A stretch of 64,000 bases of DNA, taken from sequence record PX853108.1. One strand, given 5' to 3'. Each line of letters opens with the position of its first letter. Position 1 is the stretch's first letter. The notes under the pieces were generated by a model, which worked only from the letters and a program-made list of their open reading frames with translations, was not told where the DNA came from and made no database searches. The position numbers and the translations under genes are program-made. This document shows positions 58,553-64,000 of this stretch, in pieces. The stretch comes from a phage.

Positions 58553-60601
58553 TTACTTAGCAGCTTTGACCAGATTGGTAGCTAATTTAGCTTCTTCTTC
58601 AGTCAGACCCATTGCAGTGAATGACTTCTTAGCATGACGCTTATAGTCTTGCAGAGCATGGCCTTTCTGATAGTCGGAGTACGTCGTATCGTTCAGGATG
58701 CTACGCAGATTATCAGCATGTTTACCAGACGGAGCTACTTTAGTGGCAGCAGCAGAACGCGTAGGTTTAACTGTCTTATCCTGCTTAACAGCTTTAGGTG
58801 CAGGAATGCGAGTACTACGGATAGTAGCAATAGCGTCTACTACATCGCTACCTACATCGAATGCACCCCAGGGCTTACGAGCTTTACCACGCAGTTCTAC
58901 CAGAAGGTCAGCAGCAGCTAACTTATCTTCTGGGGTTGTTGCATTGAGGAACTCTTTGACCAGTTCCTGGATTTGTTCTTTCACAGTAGGAGCCTTCTTA
59001 TTAACTGGTTTAAGGTCGGTAGCTTTCACTGGTTCAGCAGCTACAGCTTCATTCAGTGACTCTTCCATGTTCAGTGCTTCTTTACTAGCAACTGTACGGA
59101 ATTGTTCTACAGAACCAGATGTGAGATTAGTGTATTTGAGGTTAGTACCACGATGACCACCAACCATAATAAGTGTGGTGGGTGAACTATGGTTCCCAAC
59201 AATGGCATCATTAAGTAACTTCTTACCTACTTCTGTTTTAGACAGGTAGATACCATTGTTAACGTTATTACGTTCCTCTTCAGGCAGTTCAGCAATAATA
59301 TGATACGCAGATACACGCATCTTATTGGTGCTGTACTCAGGAACAGCAAATACATCTTCTGGTGCTACTTTACCAAGGATTGTTACGTTACCACCGAAGC
59401 TACGGATATAGCTCATGGATGCTACGTGCAGACCGTTAGAGCAGTCCTGACGACGGTCAGGGTCTACCAGGTCTTCACGTACCTGCACTTTACAGCCTAC
59501 CCACTGACGGATGTTACCTGAGTGACAGTCAACGAATACACGTTTACCATCTTCTGTTCCTTTATACTGAAGGCGTTTCAGAAACAGGATAGAACCATCA
59601 TCAGCAATAGGTAGCTCAGCAGTCTCCATGAATTTCATCAGGTCTTCTACTGAGTGCAGGCGGTCTTTAATAACCGGAGCCAGACGCTCAAGGAACTTAG
59701 TAAAGCCCTTGTAGTCTTTCAGCTTGGCTGACTGACGTAAGTGTCGATGCAGGTTTTCAACTCCAGGGATAACCCCATTGTTGGTAACAGCAACAACCAC
59801 TTCATCTTCCTTCACTTCAGTGTGGAAGTTAGCATCATCAGTACTAATAGCACCCAATGCAGCTAACTTCTCAGAAGCAGCAGCCAGCTTGTCCTGGTTC
59901 GCAGTTTTAGCTACTTCAATGTAAGGTGGTGGGGTATGTTTACGGCTGGTGAATACAATGTGTACTCCTTTGATGTGTTTGGCTTGTTTGGCAAACTCGC
60001 TCATTTCATCATCAGATACTGCACGAATTGCAATAGGCCATTCCTGTGCAAGGGTACGGTTGGTATGGTCATAACCATAACGCAGTACGTCATTGATAAA
60101 ACGAACCAGTGCAGGATGGTTATGGTCCTTATCCCAGCCAGTAACCCACATCAGGTTATCACGTCTGTCATAACAACCATCTGTTACAGTTACTTCTGGT
60201 TCATTAGCCTGTACAGCCAGGAAGGTATCTATAGCTTTAGACACCAGTGTCTTAGTAGGATTGCCCAGCTTAATATCTGAGACGATACGTGCAGGTGGAA
60301 TACCTGTACCATCCTGGAAGAACTCTTTCAGTTTAGCTTTGGCTACCTTGAAGAAACGGACAAATCCGTTAGTGTTCTTCTCTGCTTCCAGATACTCAGT
60401 ACGCAGGCTTACTTCTGGTGCAATGTTTACTTCTATCAAGTCTTTGGTAGTTCCCAGACCTTTGGTTTGTGCTTCAGATACAATGCGAGCAACCCGTGGG
60501 TCGCTCTGTGGGTATACAATTGTGGAGCCATCAGGCTTCCACAGTGTGAGGTTACGACTGTCAACTGCCAGTGCGATGATAGAAATCAGTTCGATTTTCA
60601 T
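58553..60601 (-). CDS. rIIB-like protein (by position next to rIIA-like gene)
   Basis: 682 aa; adjacent and co-oriented with GHKL-ATPase-containing gene. Confidence 0.4.
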   Translation of the reverse strand: MKIELISIIALAVDSRNLTLWKPDGSTIVYPQSDPRVARIVSEAQTKGLGTTKDLIEVNIAPEVSLRTEYLEAEKNTNGFVRFFKVAKAKLKEFFQDGTGIPPARIVSDIKLGNPTKTLVSKAIDTFLAVQANEPEVTVTDGCYDRRDNLMWVTGWDKDHNHPALVRFINDVLRYGYDHTNRTLAQEWPIAIRAVSDDEMSEFAKQAKHIKGVHIVFTSRKHTPPPYIEVAKTANQDKLAAASEKLAALGAISTDDANFHTEVKEDEVVVAVTNNGVIPGVENLHRHLRQSAKLKDYKGFTKFLERLAPVIKDRLHSVEDLMKFMETAELPIADDGSILFLKRLQYKGTEDGKRVFVDCHSGNIRQWVGCKVQVREDLVDPDRRQDCSNGLHVASMSYIRSFGGNVTILGKVAPEDVFAVPEYSTNKMRVSAYHIIAELPEEERNNVNNGIYLSKTEVGKKLLNDAIVGNHSSPTTLIMVGGHRGTNLKYTNLTSGSVEQFRTVASKEALNMEESLNEAVAAEPVKATDLKPVNKKAPTVKEQIQELVKEFLNATTPEDKLAAADLLVELRGKARKPWGAFDVGSDVVDAIATIRSTRIPAPKAVKQDKTVKPTRSAAATKVAPSGKHADNLRSILNDTTYSDYQKGHALQDYKRHAKKSFTAMGLTEEEAKLATNLVKAAK

Positions 60602-60605
60602 CAGA

Positions 60606-63173
60606 TTAGTTACCTTTCAGTTTATTTAGACGATTACGGTAGAGGGACTTAAACCCAGGAATATCCTCTGGATTCTTCTTGAGGTGTTTTACCAAACTAC
60701 CTAAGTCCAGCGTCTGTAGGATGTCATTTTTATTCCAGCTGTAGCTGAATAAACCTTTGTAACCATTAAGTATTTCAAAGTACTTATGGTTACGTGGATT
60801 AGTCATCACTATATATGGCTCTAGGTCATCTACTGATTTAATACAATCCATTTCAACAAGTTTTTCTTTGTTGTTATGTGGTCGATTTCGTAAAAAGTCA
60901 TATGCCCATTCATATTCTGGTTTAAAAATCAGATTCTGTAATGGTTTGAAGGTTAAACCTAGTATGTCGAGGATTTCCCAGTATTCTCTGTCGTCCAATC
61001 CTACATATTCCAGAATACCAATACGGTGTTCAGTAACATATTTCTTGAAGCCTTTACTGGTAATAACTGACATCAATTTACTGTAGCGAACATCATCAAT
61101 GTGGATAGCACCACGCCGTTTGGCCTTGTTAGCCTCGATTTGATTGCGACAGACAACTGTCTCTGCTTTCATCTCATCGGATAACTCATACCATTTCCAC
61201 ATGGTTCCAATTCGAGCAGTTACAGGACTACCAGAACTAATCTGATTAGCCAGTACATAGTACTTAGGCTGTTCTATCTCAACGAAACCATACTTCTCAT
61301 GGAAGCTAGGATCAGTAAAATCCTTGTCAATGTACGGTTTAGAATCCCAATCCCCACTTTTATTCCGTACAGGGGTAGTGCCGAGAACTGCATTCAATGA
61401 AATCAGAGCATTAGTTTTACCTCCTGCTTTGGTTTTATTAGCAGCTATTGTCTTAGCTCGCTTCTCAGCAGCTAACTTAGCCTGTTCCCTGCGGTAGTTA
61501 GTCGGTTTGTCCCACTCATTATATTGAGTAAGGTCAATTACCCGATAACCCATAGCAGTGAACTTAGCTACAGCTTCCTCTGCTGCACCCTTCTTAGGAC
61601 CAACAACGTGAACAAAAGCTGTACGCTCCAGATCACCTCGGTTGTACTCAGGGAAGTATGAGAAAGAGTCTGCACAATCAGATAAACGTCGGGTAACTAC
61701 AACGTTTTTGGTAGTGAATATGCCAATACTTTGGTGGGAGTTATTGTATATCCTAAAGTAGTCAGTAAGTTTACCTTTTACCAAGTCAACACGGTTACCT
61801 TGATTCATTATGTAACCATACCACTTAATACCAGAGGTTTTCAAAGCAGCCAGCTGAGGTAAGTGCAGATGGCGATATACTAATTCCGAGAATGGGGAGT
61901 ATGTACTTTCTTCACGAGTATCCTTAAGAGCACGCATAGCCTTACCATATAGTTTCTTAAGACCTGCATACTCAGGACGAGCTAATAATGCCTTATTGGA
62001 TAAATTACGCCAGTGCTTGATGCGATGCTTACGTTGCTTAGCCCATAAACTAGAGGACATATAACGTTGAACAATAGGGTCTGTAACAGCAAGTAGGAAA
62101 GAAGGATATTCCCAGAAGCGAGTAGAGGATTTAGAGGCGTATTCTTCAACTTGCTTAATAGCTTCAGGAATCTTAGCCTTAATCTCTTTCTCCATACGGT
62201 CTACTAAATCTATACACAGAGTAGTAATACCATCGTCGGTTAACTTCTGATTGGACAGCGTTTCTCGACTAGGAGCAATAGCTAGAGTATCCGGTGCAGC
62301 CTGAACTACTAAATTAGATGCTCCAATAATATTCATGAAGTTGAGAATAAGACCTACTGCCTCTTCACTAGCAGGGCTGGATACAATTGGGTACATTACG
62401 TTACCGTAACGAACGAAAATGTTACTGTTACCCATATAACCCTTATACCATCTATCAGACATATCATATGAACCAGGTTCAAATGACATACCCAGCGTAT
62501 CCAGCAGAGTGTAGTCGCCTTGCTGAATGTTAATGCCTTCTTCTGTTTTAACGAGTTTAGTGGTACTTAGCTCAGCTTTAATCTCACCGTTAAACACGAT
62601 TGATCTGATGTAATGCACGAAGGTATTTACGTCATGCTTACCTAACTGGAACTTAACTTCCAGACCAGATTCCTCAGTGGGAATATTGGTAACAATGGGG
62701 ACAATACCAGGCTTACCATCATTCTCAATCGCAGCCTTAGCTACGTTGTATACAGACATCTTCCCTTGGTTCCATGAAGTAACCTGGAAGCTATCTGTAT
62801 AAGCGAATGGGGATTTACATCCCAGACCAAAGCCACCAGTAACACTACTGTTGGCTTTCTTAGTAGATGCACCATAGACACCATAAATGGAGCCAATGAG
62901 TTCATCCGGGATTCCGTTACCGTAGTCACGGAAGGTAATAAAGTTGTCTTTATCAATGGTAATACGAATAGGGGTATCAGTCTTACCTGCTTCAATATGA
63001 GCATCCCAACTGTTACAGATAGTCTCACGAACTACTGCCAAAGTAGGATTGTTATACAAGGAAGTACTTAATACATGGAAGAATGCCGGGTCATCAGAGA
63101 TGCCAAAGGCAATTGTTTCTTTGCCACCCAGTGTCGCTGAGGTAGCTACTTCATTGGTATCTGCAACTAACAT
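60606..63173 (-). CDS. rIIA: rIIA-like protein with N-terminal GHKL (HATPase) domain
   Basis: 855 aa; motifs ETICNSWDAH, ITFRDYGNGIP, TGGFGLGCKSPF. Confidence 0.65.
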   Translation of the reverse strand: MLVADTNEVATSATLGGKETIAFGISDDPAFFHVLSTSLYNNPTLAVVRETICNSWDAHIEAGKTDTPIRITIDKDNFITFRDYGNGIPDELIGSIYGVYGASTKKANSSVTGGFGLGCKSPFAYTDSFQVTSWNQGKMSVYNVAKAAIENDGKPGIVPIVTNIPTEESGLEVKFQLGKHDVNTFVHYIRSIVFNGEIKAELSTTKLVKTEEGINIQQGDYTLLDTLGMSFEPGSYDMSDRWYKGYMGNSNIFVRYGNVMYPIVSSPASEEAVGLILNFMNIIGASNLVVQAAPDTLAIAPSRETLSNQKLTDDGITTLCIDLVDRMEKEIKAKIPEAIKQVEEYASKSSTRFWEYPSFLLAVTDPIVQRYMSSSLWAKQRKHRIKHWRNLSNKALLARPEYAGLKKLYGKAMRALKDTREESTYSPFSELVYRHLHLPQLAALKTSGIKWYGYIMNQGNRVDLVKGKLTDYFRIYNNSHQSIGIFTTKNVVVTRRLSDCADSFSYFPEYNRGDLERTAFVHVVGPKKGAAEEAVAKFTAMGYRVIDLTQYNEWDKPTNYRREQAKLAAEKRAKTIAANKTKAGGKTNALISLNAVLGTTPVRNKSGDWDSKPYIDKDFTDPSFHEKYGFVEIEQPKYYVLANQISSGSPVTARIGTMWKWYELSDEMKAETVVCRNQIEANKAKRRGAIHIDDVRYSKLMSVITSKGFKKYVTEHRIGILEYVGLDDREYWEILDILGLTFKPLQNLIFKPEYEWAYDFLRNRPHNNKEKLVEMDCIKSVDDLEPYIVMTNPRNHKYFEILNGYKGLFSYSWNKNDILQTLDLGSLVKHLKKNPEDIPGFKSLYRNRLNKLKGN

Positions 63174-63216
63174 TTATTTACTCTCCAGATTAAATGTTGC
63201 TTCTTGGTTATGACTA

Positions 63217-63441
63217 TTAAGAATCTAATGCTGATTTACAGGCTTCAAAGATTACTTTACGTAATTCCCGTTCTTTTTCCGGTTCCTCATGGGGACTGTA
63301 ACCAAAAGGACTGTTTTGCATAAAACCAGCCAGAATTAGTAAATCTTCTTCAGATAGACCATCAATAGTTATGGAGTATTGGTTTTTGCTTTTTACTGTA
63401 GCGTTAGCCATTTCGTTTCTCCGCCATTGCTTGTAATACAA
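63217..63441 (-). CDS. hypothetical protein
   Basis: 74 aa ORF; start may be internal ATG at 63411. Confidence 0.35.
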   Translation of the reverse strand: MYYKQWRRNEMANATVKSKNQYSITIDGLSEEDLLILAGFMQNSPFGYSPHEEPEKERELRKVIFEACKSALDS

Positions 63442-63718
63442 ATACTACAGTGTCTGAAATTTGGTCATCAGTTGGTTCAACTAATTGACCGTTCTCGTCA
63501 TACATTTCTTTCAGAAGTGCATTTAGTTCAGCCATACCAGCCAGTATCATTTCTTTACTTGGTTCCAGCCATAATTTTCGTTCCTCTGCTAGTGCAGCGA
63601 TGCACATACATAGAGAGGCAATGTTAGCTGGGCAAGCAGCAATATCACCAGTTACTGCAATCTCACTAAGTGGGACAGCTTTACCGGTTTTACTATGAAT
63701 AACTTCAGGATTAATCAT
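63404..63718 (-). CDS. hypothetical protein
   Basis: Trimmed to ATG 63718 to give ATGA-type junction with upstream gene. Confidence 0.35.
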   Translation of the reverse strand: MINPEVIHSKTGKAVPLSEIAVTGDIAACPANIASLCMCIAALAEERKLWLEPSKEMILAGMAELNALLKEMYDENGQLVEPTDDQISDTVVFVLQAMAEKRNG

Positions 63719-63923
63719 GGATTTGCTCCAGGTTATGGGCAGGAATAGGGAAGCATGGATAGTCACCTGTAGGGTCCAGTGTTACTGACACATGCAGTGT
63801 ATTGGTCATTTGGGTTAGCATTTGAGCAGCATTGAAATCATCCTGAATACAGGCATATACAATGTCACCTTTCTCACCTTCACACATTACTGGTGTGTCT
63901 TTGATGCGGTATTTAGCAGGCAT
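63711..63923 (-). CDS. hypothetical protein
   Basis: 70 aa ORF with RBS AAGGAA. Confidence 0.4.
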   Translation of the reverse strand: MPAKYRIKDTPVMCEGEKGDIVYACIQDDFNAAQMLTQMTNTLHVSVTLDPTGDYPCFPIPAHNLEQIHD

Positions 63924-64000
63924 ATCATTTCCTTATTTTTTAATAACAATGGGATTTCTGTAATTCCAGGCTCTATTAAGCTTTTCCAGCCTAAATCCTG

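Noticed and set aside
1-64000. CRISPR array, integrase, transposase or lysogeny module
   Set aside because: No regularly spaced direct repeats and no recombinase-like ORF were seen; gene content is consistent with a strictly lytic phage.

Overview
This 64 kb window reads as most of the genome of an N4-like (Schitoviridae-type) podophage, based on gene content, order and motifs read directly from the sequence; no database search was possible. Coordinates 1-10520 (minus strand) hold an early region: a split T7-like RNA polymerase (RNAP II-like, two subunits), about 20 small early genes, three hairpin promoters matching the N4 virion-RNAP promoter architecture, and a tandem array of seven paralogous small genes. 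Coordinates 10692-43038 (plus strand) hold a late structural/lysis operon running from terminase through tail fibres, a holin/endolysin/spanin cassette, portal, major capsid and internal virion proteins to a giant 3584-aa virion RNA polymerase. Coordinates 43102-63923 (minus strand) hold two tRNA-like genes in a 2 kb structured non-coding island, then a replication module (SSB-like, P-loop ATPase, primase-like, HNH-AP2 homing endonuclease, Cas4-like nuclease, family A DNA polymerase, SF1 helicase, MazG-like, rIIB/rIIA-like). No CRISPR array, integrase or transposase was seen. The candidates I rate most likely to be new are the seven-paralog array next to a probable genome terminus, a cluster of small nucleotide-centric-looking early proteins, and the repeat-bounded non-coding elements around the tRNAs.
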